DNA from: Bacillota bacterium
Lineage (GTDB): Bacteria; Bacillota; Clostridia; Caldicoprobacterales; DTU083
Assembly (NCBI GenBank): GCA_029777885.1
Contig: JAKORJ010000193.1
Coordinates: forward strand, 1-56,908
Reading direction: 5' to 3'
Length of the DNA: 56,908 bases
Shown one piece after another: positions 7,055 through 15,799 of this stretch. A program made the translations under genes and the position numbers. Position 1 is the stretch's first letter. Each line of letters begins with the position of its first letter. Below the pieces are notes generated by a model, which ran no database searches, was not told where the DNA came from, and worked only from the letters and a program-made list of their open reading frames with translations.

Positions 7055-9630
7055 AACGTTTGATATGCATCGTATTATGCCTGCTGGTGCTTGCTGCGGC
7101 TTTTTCGGCATCAGCAGCAGGACAAAACAACGAATCAGGAGGTAAGCTGCCGGTGTTGTCAGGAATGTTTGTCGCTCCTGAGCTGGTTACAGGGAAAAAC
7201 TCATGGGATCAGCAGGACTGGGACAGCGTTATGTCCCAGATGAAGGCTGTTGGAATAGATCAGGTCGTGATCCAGTATTCTGTCCAGTACTACAGCGATA
7301 TAGTAAAAAACCATTATTATGTACCCGGGTTTGAGCAAGCCGGTACAGACAATACAGGCAAGCAGCAGCAGATACCCTTTGCATTGAAGGCTGCTAAAAA
7401 GCATGGTGTAAAAATCTGGCTAGGCCTTCATATAGCGGAGGATGCGTGGTTCAGGGCTATGCCTGCAGGCTTCCAGGATCTCAACTTTCTAATAGACAGC
7501 GCTGAATATTCAAAAAAGATCTTTGATGATCTATGGAGCCAGTTCAAGGGCGAATATGCCGGTACGATCGCAGGCTGGTACCTGCCCTTTGAGTTCAACA
7601 ATGTAGACGTTAAGGGCGAAGCAAAGACAAGGCTTATCAATTATTTCTACAAGCCGCTTACCCAGCATATCAAGAGCGTGACCCCCGACAAGCTGATCAT
7701 GGTTTCGCCTCTTGTGTATGCTTCACTGACAGTGCCTCCAGCAAAGCAGGCAGTAGATGCATGGAAAGACCTACTGTACGATATCTGGGCCAATACACGG
7801 GTCGATGTGATAGCACCCCAGGATGGCTGCGGCTGGGAATCCACCATGAAGGAAACACTGGAGCCCTGGTACAAGGCCATGGACGAGGCCAGACGCCAGG
7901 CTCAGCCGGTGCGCGATTCAAAGAAGTACGGCCCGGCATTGGCATGGAACAACCCGGAAAGCTACAGCATGAACGGGACAGGCAACATGACAATCAAACG
8001 CCTGACGGACAATATGAAGGCAGTAGACAAATATGTTTCAGCCCACGTAAGCTTCAGTCTGCACTCACTGGCCTATCTTCCGGGTGACAAACCCGGGCAA
8101 AACAGCCCTGTAAACGAGCTGTACTACCGTGCTTACGAGTATGCAGTAATAAACAACAGGCTGTATACTCCCGGTACTCCCATAGCGGCGCCTGAAAACC
8201 TTGAAGCTAAAATCTTAAGTGGGGTGGATGTCCAGCTTTCCTGGGACAGGACAGAGGCTGTCGGTGACCAGATGCCGGTCGCAGGCTATGAAGTATGGCG
8301 CAAGAAGGCTGACGAGGATGACAGCCAATTTATAAGGATCAAGGAATTAAGCCAGCCATCCCGGGATGAGAAAAGGGTCATGGTAACGGATTATCAGACA
8401 GATCCGGGCACCTCTTATGTCTATGCGGTATATGCCTTTGATGCCACCGGCAACCGGTCCTCAAAGCCTGCTATTATAAATGCTGATATTGATGGATTTG
8501 GCATTGCCCTCAACCGCACCTACGGTGCTGATGTAACAGGAACATTGAATTTTACTGTAGACGGTTTCATAAATACATCGGTGAAATTCGGCAGCGCGGC
8601 CAAGCTTAAGGATAAGACCATAGGCCAGAGCATGGCCAGGTGGGACAATAACAACAGCTCCTGGACGGGCATCGAAAAAACCAGGCGCGAGGACCTGGGA
8701 AGATTCAACCTGAATATCGAAAACAATACGGGCAAAAAGCTGAGCTTTATATACATAAGCATGCTTAACCAGCCTACTTCCGATGTATATCTTCCCGAAA
8801 AAATCGATGTGATCGCTGATGGACGCCATATCGCTTCATATTATCCTTACAAGGAATACAGCAGTTCTCCGGTGGGGGCTATATGGATCCCGGTCGATTT
8901 AGGCTCCGCTGTCGATGCAAGGAAAATCACGCTTCAGTTTACACAGAAGTTTTACCGGATCATGCTGTCTGAGGTCAGGGTTTACGAGGGCAAGAGTACT
9001 TCTGCAGACAACGACGGGTATGTGGAGCCTGTAAGCCTTATTGAAGGCCAGCCGGTCATGATAACAGGATACCCGTCATCCCAGAACTTCAACCCCGACA
9101 GCCACTTCGGCGGTGTGACCAATACGGTCATAGATACACAAAAGGGCACGCTTGAAACCAGTTACCTGATCTACAAGGGCAACTATTCGACATACTTGCT
9201 GACCCGTGGAGCAGGTAAGGGGCCCCAGATCAGCTGGCATGAGGATACTGGCAATTCCGTATGGTTGAGGCTGTCTAACCTTGGCAGCACCTTTGAGTTG
9301 TCGGTGGACCTCAAAGCGCCAAGCACCATAAGGGCCATCGAGACCGAATGGCTGATCGACAGGGACGCAACGGTATTCCTGCCCAACTATATTGAGTTCT
9401 ACGGGGTGACCACAGACGGTGTAAATGAGCTGATCGGCAAGGCATACCGGCCTTCGGTTGCATTGCTGGATTTCGACAAGGCACCGTCGGAATCAAATAC
9501 CCATCGGATAGAGACCAAGGCTTACAGGATCATAGTTGACAGCAGCAAGCTGTATGAGAAGATCACGGCCAAGGTATTTGTTCCGTATCCGGCTAACACT
9601 TACTTCGTTAAAAATCTTATTGTGCATTGA
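7051..9630 (+). CDS. Secreted multidomain protein: DUF4434-like TIM-barrel, FN3, and two beta-sandwich (discoidin/CBM32-like) modules
   Basis: The ATG overlaps the upstream stop (ATGA), and a signal peptide MKRLICIVLCLLVLAAAFSASA follows. The N-terminus GMFVAPEL..WDQQDWDSVMSQMKAVGIDQVVIQYSV resembles DUF4434. The FN3 module shows PENLEAK..LSWDR..GYEVWRK..GTSYVYAVYAFDATGNRS. A C-terminal sandwich ends ..IMLSEVRVYEG. Confidence 0.6.
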   Translation: MKRLICIVLCLLVLAAAFSASAAGQNNESGGKLPVLSGMFVAPELVTGKNSWDQQDWDSVMSQMKAVGIDQVVIQYSVQYYSDIVKNHYYVPGFEQAGTDNTGKQQQIPFALKAAKKHGVKIWLGLHIAEDAWFRAMPAGFQDLNFLIDSAEYSKKIFDDLWSQFKGEYAGTIAGWYLPFEFNNVDVKGEAKTRLINYFYKPLTQHIKSVTPDKLIMVSPLVYASLTVPPAKQAVDAWKDLLYDIWANTRVDVIAPQDGCGWESTMKETLEPWYKAMDEARRQAQPVRDSKKYGPALAWNNPESYSMNGTGNMTIKRLTDNMKAVDKYVSAHVSFSLHSLAYLPGDKPGQNSPVNELYYRAYEYAVINNRLYTPGTPIAAPENLEAKILSGVDVQLSWDRTEAVGDQMPVAGYEVWRKKADEDDSQFIRIKELSQPSRDEKRVMVTDYQTDPGTSYVYAVYAFDATGNRSSKPAIINADIDGFGIALNRTYGADVTGTLNFTVDGFINTSVKFGSAAKLKDKTIGQSMARWDNNNSSWTGIEKTRREDLGRFNLNIENNTGKKLSFIYISMLNQPTSDVYLPEKIDVIADGRHIASYYPYKEYSSSPVGAIWIPVDLGSAVDARKITLQFTQKFYRIMLSEVRVYEGKSTSADNDGYVEPVSLIEGQPVMITGYPSSQNFNPDSHFGGVTNTVIDTQKGTLETSYLIYKGNYSTYLLTRGAGKGPQISWHEDTGNSVWLRLSNLGSTFELSVDLKAPSTIRAIETEWLIDRDATVFLPNYIEFYGVTTDGVNELIGKAYRPSVALLDFDKAPSESNTHRIETKAYRIIVDSSKLYEKITAKVFVPYPANTYFVKNLIVH

Positions 9631-9648
9631 GAAAGGGTGAGTGATCAC

Positions 9649-11118
9649 ATGAAAAAATCAAATGCAAGGATATTGCCACTGATCCTGGGGGTGCTTGTTC
9701 TTGTAAGCGCATGCGGAGGCCCGGCGGCACCCGGCGGCAGTCCGAGCCCGACTGCAACCGTTCCTGCCACTTCAGAGCCATCAGCCGAACCGACTCCGTC
9801 GGTGATATCGGAAATTAGCGGTACGGTCGTATATGCCGTAAGAGACAATGTGGCCGATCAGACAGAGGACCTGATCGATGTGTTCAACATGATGTATCCA
9901 AATATAACCGTTGAGCTTGAAGTGTTCAACGGTGACCTCAACAATACCTTGTCCGCCTGGGCGGCAGCAAAGACAATGCCTGATGTCGTGCTTGGCTGGG
10001 ACAATCTTTCCTTCTTTGCCCTCCAGGGCTGGCTGTACCCGCTGGATGAGTTTCTGGACAAGGATCCGGAAAAGGAGTATATTCACAAAACATCCCTGGA
10101 GTACTTCAAGTATGAGGGCAAAACGTATGCGGTACCGGCATGGCTGCAGTTTTCCACGATCGTCGTCAACCTGGACCTGTTGGAAGTTTTGAACATGGAT
10201 GCTCCTGATTATGACTGGACGATCGATGAGTTTGTAGCTATGGCAAAGAAAGCGACCACAAACCAGTATTCAGGCATAAATCACGTTGAATCCCTTGACC
10301 AGTATCTGATGCAGCAACTCTTGAAAACTGAGCATCAATGGGGATATGACCCGGAGACAAAGAAGTTCAACCTGACCGGCGGTGAATTTACGCAAGCTGT
10401 AGCGATAATAAATGACCTTCTGGCTTACCCGCAGCTGGTAGCTGATGCTATGCGGAACAATGATATTGTCAGCGCAGGCGGCCAGGATGACTATGCAAAG
10501 AAGTTCGGGTCAGGAGCTGACGGGCTTTCCGACGGGAGGATCCTTTTTGCCAACCAGAGCACATGGGATGACGAGTGGATGAATGCCCAGTTCAAGTTCA
10601 AATGGGACTATTATCCGATCCCGGCTCCTTCCAGGGAGGACTCCAAGCAGATCGTCCATGCAGATTATGGCATCATGCTGTCAACAGCAAAGGATCCTGA
10701 AGCGGCTTATGAGCTGCTGAAGTTCTTCACATTCGGCAAGGACGGGCTGCTGGCCAGGATGAAGCAGCAGGAAACGGGCAATTTCATAAACAACAGGTTT
10801 ACGATACCCCCGAACTCCCATCCTGAGGTGGCTGAGAAGTTCAATGCCTCCCCAAATGTGCCCGATGGTATAAAGTACATGTATAATAACATGGACAAAT
10901 CTGTGAAGGGCGATTTCAGCAAGGTCCTGCCCGATTACTGGAAGGTGGTCAATGATAATATATGGCAGGCTAAAGACCGTATCTCCAAGGGTGAGGATCC
11001 GGCAGCAGTCGCAAAAGAAGTCGAACAAAAAATCAACGAGCAGTTTGCCGAAACATATAAGATATTTTCAGAACAGATAAAAAAGATCCAGGAAGAGTTT
11101 GAGTCTTCCAGAGAATAA
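9649..11118 (+). CDS. ABC transporter extracellular solute-binding lipoprotein (carbohydrate type)
   Basis: ATG at 9649 follows AAAGGGTGAG. Lipobox LVLVSACGG, then a P/S/T-rich linker and family-1 SBP-like sequence (VVLGWDNLSFF, KTYAVPAWLQ). Confidence 0.85.
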   Translation: MKKSNARILPLILGVLVLVSACGGPAAPGGSPSPTATVPATSEPSAEPTPSVISEISGTVVYAVRDNVADQTEDLIDVFNMMYPNITVELEVFNGDLNNTLSAWAAAKTMPDVVLGWDNLSFFALQGWLYPLDEFLDKDPEKEYIHKTSLEYFKYEGKTYAVPAWLQFSTIVVNLDLLEVLNMDAPDYDWTIDEFVAMAKKATTNQYSGINHVESLDQYLMQQLLKTEHQWGYDPETKKFNLTGGEFTQAVAIINDLLAYPQLVADAMRNNDIVSAGGQDDYAKKFGSGADGLSDGRILFANQSTWDDEWMNAQFKFKWDYYPIPAPSREDSKQIVHADYGIMLSTAKDPEAAYELLKFFTFGKDGLLARMKQQETGNFINNRFTIPPNSHPEVAEKFNASPNVPDGIKYMYNNMDKSVKGDFSKVLPDYWKVVNDNIWQAKDRISKGEDPAAVAKEVEQKINEQFAETYKIFSEQIKKIQEEFESSRE

Positions 11119-11171
11119 ATCAGCTGATCAATAGCATTACTCTGATTCATAGAAGGGAATGGGTACTTAAG

Positions 11172-14009
11172 GTGAAAGCAAGGAAACTGTTTGCACTGGG
11201 CATGGCTCTTTTGTTGGCCCTATGTGTTGTAGCATGCCCAAATGCCGCTGCTTCTGTAAATGCTGATGCAACCATTAATGAAGCTGCTCCATATAGCTGG
11301 ACGGTAGTGGACGAAAGCATGGTAGCATACACAGTTGAAAACGAGGATGGCAGCCCGATGAAGCTTCTCCCCGGAAAGCCTGTCAGCCTGGATATACTTG
11401 TACCGGAAAGCGGATCATATCACTTGTTCCTTGAGTACCGTTCCCTCTCTGATATCGTATTGAAGAGCACGATGACCGTTGAGCTGGGAGATGCAGCCAC
11501 ACGCGTGGAGTTGTTTTCCTTATGGAAGGATGTATCCAAGGATTACCGGAAAGACCGGTTCGGCAATGAGCTGCCGGCTGAGCAGGAGGTCAGTGACGGA
11601 GTAGTTGCTGACTATGTAAAGGACCAGGCAGACGTATCGCAGCGGCCGTTTGTGTTTAAGCTGCCTGCAGGCGCCAGCAGACTGGTGCTGACCAGTGAAG
11701 ATACGGAGCTGGACTTGTACAGCGTGAAGCTTGTCAGGCGGGAAGATCCGCCTTCCTATGGTGAATACGCCGCCGATAAAGCTGCCCTGCCCCAGGGTAC
11801 GGAGCTTATAGTCATTGAGGGGGAGGATTACCGGTTAAAATCCGATTCCTATATCAGGGCAGGAGCCGAGCGCAATCCTGCTTTATATCCTTACGATTAC
11901 AGGGTAAAACGGCTCAATGTCCTGGATGGCTATTCCTTCTCCAGGGCGGGCCAGAAGGTCTTGTACAGCTTCAAAGTCAAGGAACCCGGGATATACTGCA
12001 TCAGCTTCCGTTATGCGCAGAACTACAAGGAGGGAGTGCCGGTCTACTGCAATGTCCGGATAGATGGCCACGAACTCTTCGATGAGATGCGCAGCGTGCC
12101 CTTCCCCTATACCGGCGTCAGGTATGCCAATAAGACAATCGGTACAGGCAATGGATATGCCGGTATTTACCTTGAGAAAGGGCACCATACCCTGACCCTC
12201 GAGCTGGATGGCACCCCGGTCGCTCCTTATATAAAAAGACTGAGGGAAATACTTGCGGATATCAATGGAATCGGTCTGGATATCCTGAAAATAGCAGGGC
12301 GCAATGCCAGTGTGCACAGGACATGGGATGTGGGAAGCTACCTCCCTGGCGTCATTGACCAGCTAGAAGGCTATAGGGAGGAGCTTTTGGATATTTACTC
12401 TCAGATAGGCAGGCTGCAGGACGGACGCCCGGCCGCGGCGCTGAACCTCAAGCTCGCGGCTGACAATCTGGGCAAGCTCCTTAAAAACCCAAGCAAGCTG
12501 CCGGGCAGGCTCTCGCTTTTGAGCGAAGGCTCCGGATCGGTGGCCCAGATGCTTGCCGATCTGGTAGACCGGCTGACATATCAGAACCTGTCTGTTGACC
12601 GCATATATGTACATGGAGCCGGAAAGACGCTGCCCAAGGCTGAAGCAGGGCTTTTTACCAGGCTTGCGGACGGCATCAGGCGTTTTTTCCATGCCTTGTT
12701 CTCTGGGGAAAGACAGGAGGACCATGACGGAAAGGTGCTGAAGGTATGGGTGAATCGGCCGATACATTATGTAGAGATTATGCAGGCCATGGCCGACGCT
12801 TCATATACTTCGGAAAAAGGCATCAATGTCAGATTTTCCGTAATGCCCAGTGAACAGAAAATAATACTGGCGAATGCAACCGACTCAGCCCCTGATGCAG
12901 TATTGGGGGTCGGAGCCGGTCTCCCCTTTGACCTTGGGATCAGGGGAGCTGTGGCAGACCTTATGCAATTCGAGGATTTCCCTTCATACATACAGAAGGA
13001 GTACAACATACAGTCCCTGGTGCCCTATGTGTACGGCGGCAAGGTGTTTGGAGCAACGGAAACCCAGGAATTCTATGTGCTGATGATGCGGACCGACATC
13101 ATGGACAAGCTGAACCTAGAGGTGCCCAGGACCTGGGATGATGTGGCCGATATGATGCCGATACTGCAAAGACACTCCATGAACTTTTACCTGCAGCTTT
13201 CAGGCTATAGCGGGACCAAGCCCCTGTATACCACCGTGCCCTTCATACAGCAGGCAAACGGCAGCCTGTACAGCAGTGACGGCCTTGCCACTGCGATCAA
13301 CTCGCCGGAGTCTTTAAGAGGGTTCGAGGCACTGACGGATCTATACAGGATATATAGTGTAACTCCTGTAGTATCAAGCTTTTACAACAGCTTTCGTTAC
13401 GGGCAGATACCTATAGGGATAGCTTCTTTTACAGATTATGTGAAAATTCGCAGCGCTGCCCCTGAAATTGCGGGTAATTGGGCGATAGCGCCCGCCCCGG
13501 GATTCATTGGCAAGGACGGAGAGATCAGAAACGGTACAACCGGTGCTGCTACTGCCTGCATCATTATGGAGCAGTCCGACATGAAGGAAGAGGCATGGGA
13601 CTTCCTAAAGTGGTGGCTGTCATCCGAGGTGCAGATAAAATTCGGCAATACCCTGCAGACCACTTATGGACCGGATTACCTGTGGAACAGCGCAAATATT
13701 GAGGCTTTTAAACAGCTGTCTTTCCCTGATGAGGACAAAGCAGTGATCCTGGACCAATGGGGACACATGGAGGAGATATACCGTCATCCGGCCTTATACG
13801 CAATAGAACGGGAGCTCAGCAACGCCTGGACCGATGTTGTGTTGAATGGCGTTCCGGTGCGTATAGCCCTCGATGATGCCGCCCTGGAGATAAACAGGGA
13901 ATTTGCGCGGAAGCTTGTGGAGTTCGGATACATGGAAAGAGATGGTACGGTGAAGAAAACATATGATCTCAAATCCATAGAAGAGATCATAAATGGGGTG
14001 AGGCCATGA
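11172..14009 (+). CDS. Giant (945-aa) solute-binding lipoprotein with N-terminal beta-sandwich/CBM-like modules
   Basis: GTG start and lipobox LALCVVAC. Two CBM-like N-terminal segments carry the size/shape motifs ESGSYHLFLEY..LYSVKLV and EPGIYCISFRY..GHHTLTLEL. The C-terminal ~430 aa are SBP-like (KVLKVWVNRP...SAPDAVLGV...GKVFGATETQEFYVLMMRTD). Confidence 0.75.
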   Translation: MKARKLFALGMALLLALCVVACPNAAASVNADATINEAAPYSWTVVDESMVAYTVENEDGSPMKLLPGKPVSLDILVPESGSYHLFLEYRSLSDIVLKSTMTVELGDAATRVELFSLWKDVSKDYRKDRFGNELPAEQEVSDGVVADYVKDQADVSQRPFVFKLPAGASRLVLTSEDTELDLYSVKLVRREDPPSYGEYAADKAALPQGTELIVIEGEDYRLKSDSYIRAGAERNPALYPYDYRVKRLNVLDGYSFSRAGQKVLYSFKVKEPGIYCISFRYAQNYKEGVPVYCNVRIDGHELFDEMRSVPFPYTGVRYANKTIGTGNGYAGIYLEKGHHTLTLELDGTPVAPYIKRLREILADINGIGLDILKIAGRNASVHRTWDVGSYLPGVIDQLEGYREELLDIYSQIGRLQDGRPAAALNLKLAADNLGKLLKNPSKLPGRLSLLSEGSGSVAQMLADLVDRLTYQNLSVDRIYVHGAGKTLPKAEAGLFTRLADGIRRFFHALFSGERQEDHDGKVLKVWVNRPIHYVEIMQAMADASYTSEKGINVRFSVMPSEQKIILANATDSAPDAVLGVGAGLPFDLGIRGAVADLMQFEDFPSYIQKEYNIQSLVPYVYGGKVFGATETQEFYVLMMRTDIMDKLNLEVPRTWDDVADMMPILQRHSMNFYLQLSGYSGTKPLYTTVPFIQQANGSLYSSDGLATAINSPESLRGFEALTDLYRIYSVTPVVSSFYNSFRYGQIPIGIASFTDYVKIRSAAPEIAGNWAIAPAPGFIGKDGEIRNGTTGAATACIIMEQSDMKEEAWDFLKWWLSSEVQIKFGNTLQTTYGPDYLWNSANIEAFKQLSFPDEDKAVILDQWGHMEEIYRHPALYAIERELSNAWTDVVLNGVPVRIALDDAALEINREFARKLVEFGYMERDGTVKKTYDLKSIEEIINGVRP

Positions 14010-14905
14010 AGAGCATAAGAGGACTGGCGGACCGTTATTCACATTGGGTACTGCTGATGCCCTTTCTGGTGTTTTTTACACTTTTTATACTTCTGCCGGT
14101 CATATTTGCCGTGCTCCTTTCCTTTACCCGCTATGATTCCATTCAGAGCCCGGTTTTTGTAGGCCTGCAGAATTACCTTGACATATTTACACATGATACA
14201 GTGTTTATGCAGAAGGTATTGCCGAATACGGCGACCTACGCCCTTATAGTCGGACCCGGAGGCTATATACTGTCATTCCTCCTGGCCTGGGTCATAGCTC
14301 AGATGCCTCGCATACCCCGTACGGTGCTGGCTATCGTGCTGTATTCGCCTTCGCTTCTCGGATCGGTTGCCCTGTCAACTATATGGGGAGTCCTGTTCTC
14401 GGGGGACAGGATGGGGTACCTGAACAATATACTGTATTCGCTGGGCTTGATAAATGAACCGGTTGCCTGGCTTACGTCTGCACAGACCCTGCTGCCCATA
14501 ATGATCTTTGTCGGCCTGTGGTCCAGCATGGGGGTGGGCTTCCTTGCTATGCTGGCAGGCATACTCAATGTAAATGCCGAGCTTTATGAAGCTGCTTACC
14601 TGGACGGGGTAAAAAACAGGATACAGGAGATCTATTATGTAACGATCCCGCTCATAAGGCCCCAGATGCTGTTCGGGGCGATAATGGCACTGGTAAATAC
14701 CTTTAATTCTCCAGGACTGGGCGTTGCATTGTCAGGCTCTAATCCAACCCCGGACTATGCAGGCCAGCTCATAGTCAATCATATGGATGATTATGGATTC
14801 CTGAGGTATGAGATGGGCTATGCTGCAGCCTTGTCGGTGGTACTGCTGACCTTTGTGTGGATAATGTCTAAGGCGGCTTATCGTATGTTCGAAGACAGGG
14901 ACTAA
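14006..14905 (+). CDS. Carbohydrate ABC transporter permease (MalF-like)
   Basis: 4-nt overlap (ATGA) with the upstream gene. Six predicted TM segments and an EAA-like loop (ELYEAAYLDGVKNRIQEIYYVTIPLIRP). Confidence 0.9.
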   Translation: MKSIRGLADRYSHWVLLMPFLVFFTLFILLPVIFAVLLSFTRYDSIQSPVFVGLQNYLDIFTHDTVFMQKVLPNTATYALIVGPGGYILSFLLAWVIAQMPRIPRTVLAIVLYSPSLLGSVALSTIWGVLFSGDRMGYLNNILYSLGLINEPVAWLTSAQTLLPIMIFVGLWSSMGVGFLAMLAGILNVNAELYEAAYLDGVKNRIQEIYYVTIPLIRPQMLFGAIMALVNTFNSPGLGVALSGSNPTPDYAGQLIVNHMDDYGFLRYEMGYAAALSVVLLTFVWIMSKAAYRMFEDRD

Positions 14906-14918
14906 GGGAGGGATGATC

Positions 14919-15788
14919 ATGAAATGCTGCATTAAAATCGGACCGGAACGTTTTCATGCCGACCAGATCAAATTCTTTATAATGATTTCTCCCTTTGCAG
15001 CCGTGATGCTGCTTCCCATCATATATGTCGTATTTCATGCCTTCAAACCGGTGGATGAGCTCTTTGCATTTCCGCCCAGGTTTATCACCCTGCGGCCTTC
15101 GCTTGAAAATTTCACCCGCCTTCTCCATACAGCGAATTCCTCCAACTATCCGGCAGCCCTGTATATTTTCAACAGCATCCTATCAACCCTGCTGACCGTT
15201 GTCGCAACCCTGTTGATCAGCGCTTCGGCGGGCTATGTGCTGTCCAAGAAGGAGTTTAAAGGAAAAAGGCTGATCATGAATATGAACCAGGCTGCCCTTA
15301 TGTTCGTGCCGGTAGCTGTTGCCGTACCAAGGTACATGATAATAAAAGGTCTGGGCCTGATGGACAGCTTTTTGTCTCACATTTTTCCCTTGCTGGCCAT
15401 GCCTGTAGGCTTATTTTTGGTCAAGCAGTTCATTGACCAGGTCCCGTCATCATTGCTTGAGGCAGCCAGGATAGACGGCTGTTCGGATTATGGGGTGCTG
15501 TTTCGTATAGTCATGCCGATCATCAAGCCGGCATTGGCCACCGTAGCGATCCTGTCCTTTCAGTCTGCCTGGAACAGCGTTGAGGCTTCCCAGATGTTCA
15601 TAGAAAATGAAAAACTGAAGACCTTTGCATATTACATGACAACGGTGACATCTCCCTCGGGCAGCTCTGTAGCAGGCCAGGGGATGGCAGCAGCTGCCGT
15701 CCTGATAATGGTAGTGCCAAATATTATACTGTTCATCATTATGCAGTCCCGGGTAATGAATACGGTTGCCCATTCAGGGATCAAATAG
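14919..15788 (+). CDS. Carbohydrate ABC transporter permease (MalG-like)
   Basis: ATG at 14919 lies 7 nt after AAGGGAGG, while the in-frame ATG at 14913 is too close to the RBS. EAA loop LLEAARIDGCSDYGVLFRIVMPIIKP. Confidence 0.88.
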   Translation: MKCCIKIGPERFHADQIKFFIMISPFAAVMLLPIIYVVFHAFKPVDELFAFPPRFITLRPSLENFTRLLHTANSSNYPAALYIFNSILSTLLTVVATLLISASAGYVLSKKEFKGKRLIMNMNQAALMFVPVAVAVPRYMIIKGLGLMDSFLSHIFPLLAMPVGLFLVKQFIDQVPSSLLEAARIDGCSDYGVLFRIVMPIIKPALATVAILSFQSAWNSVEASQMFIENEKLKTFAYYMTTVTSPSGSSVAGQGMAAAAVLIMVVPNIILFIIMQSRVMNTVAHSGIK

Positions 15789-15799
15789 GGGGTGGGGAC

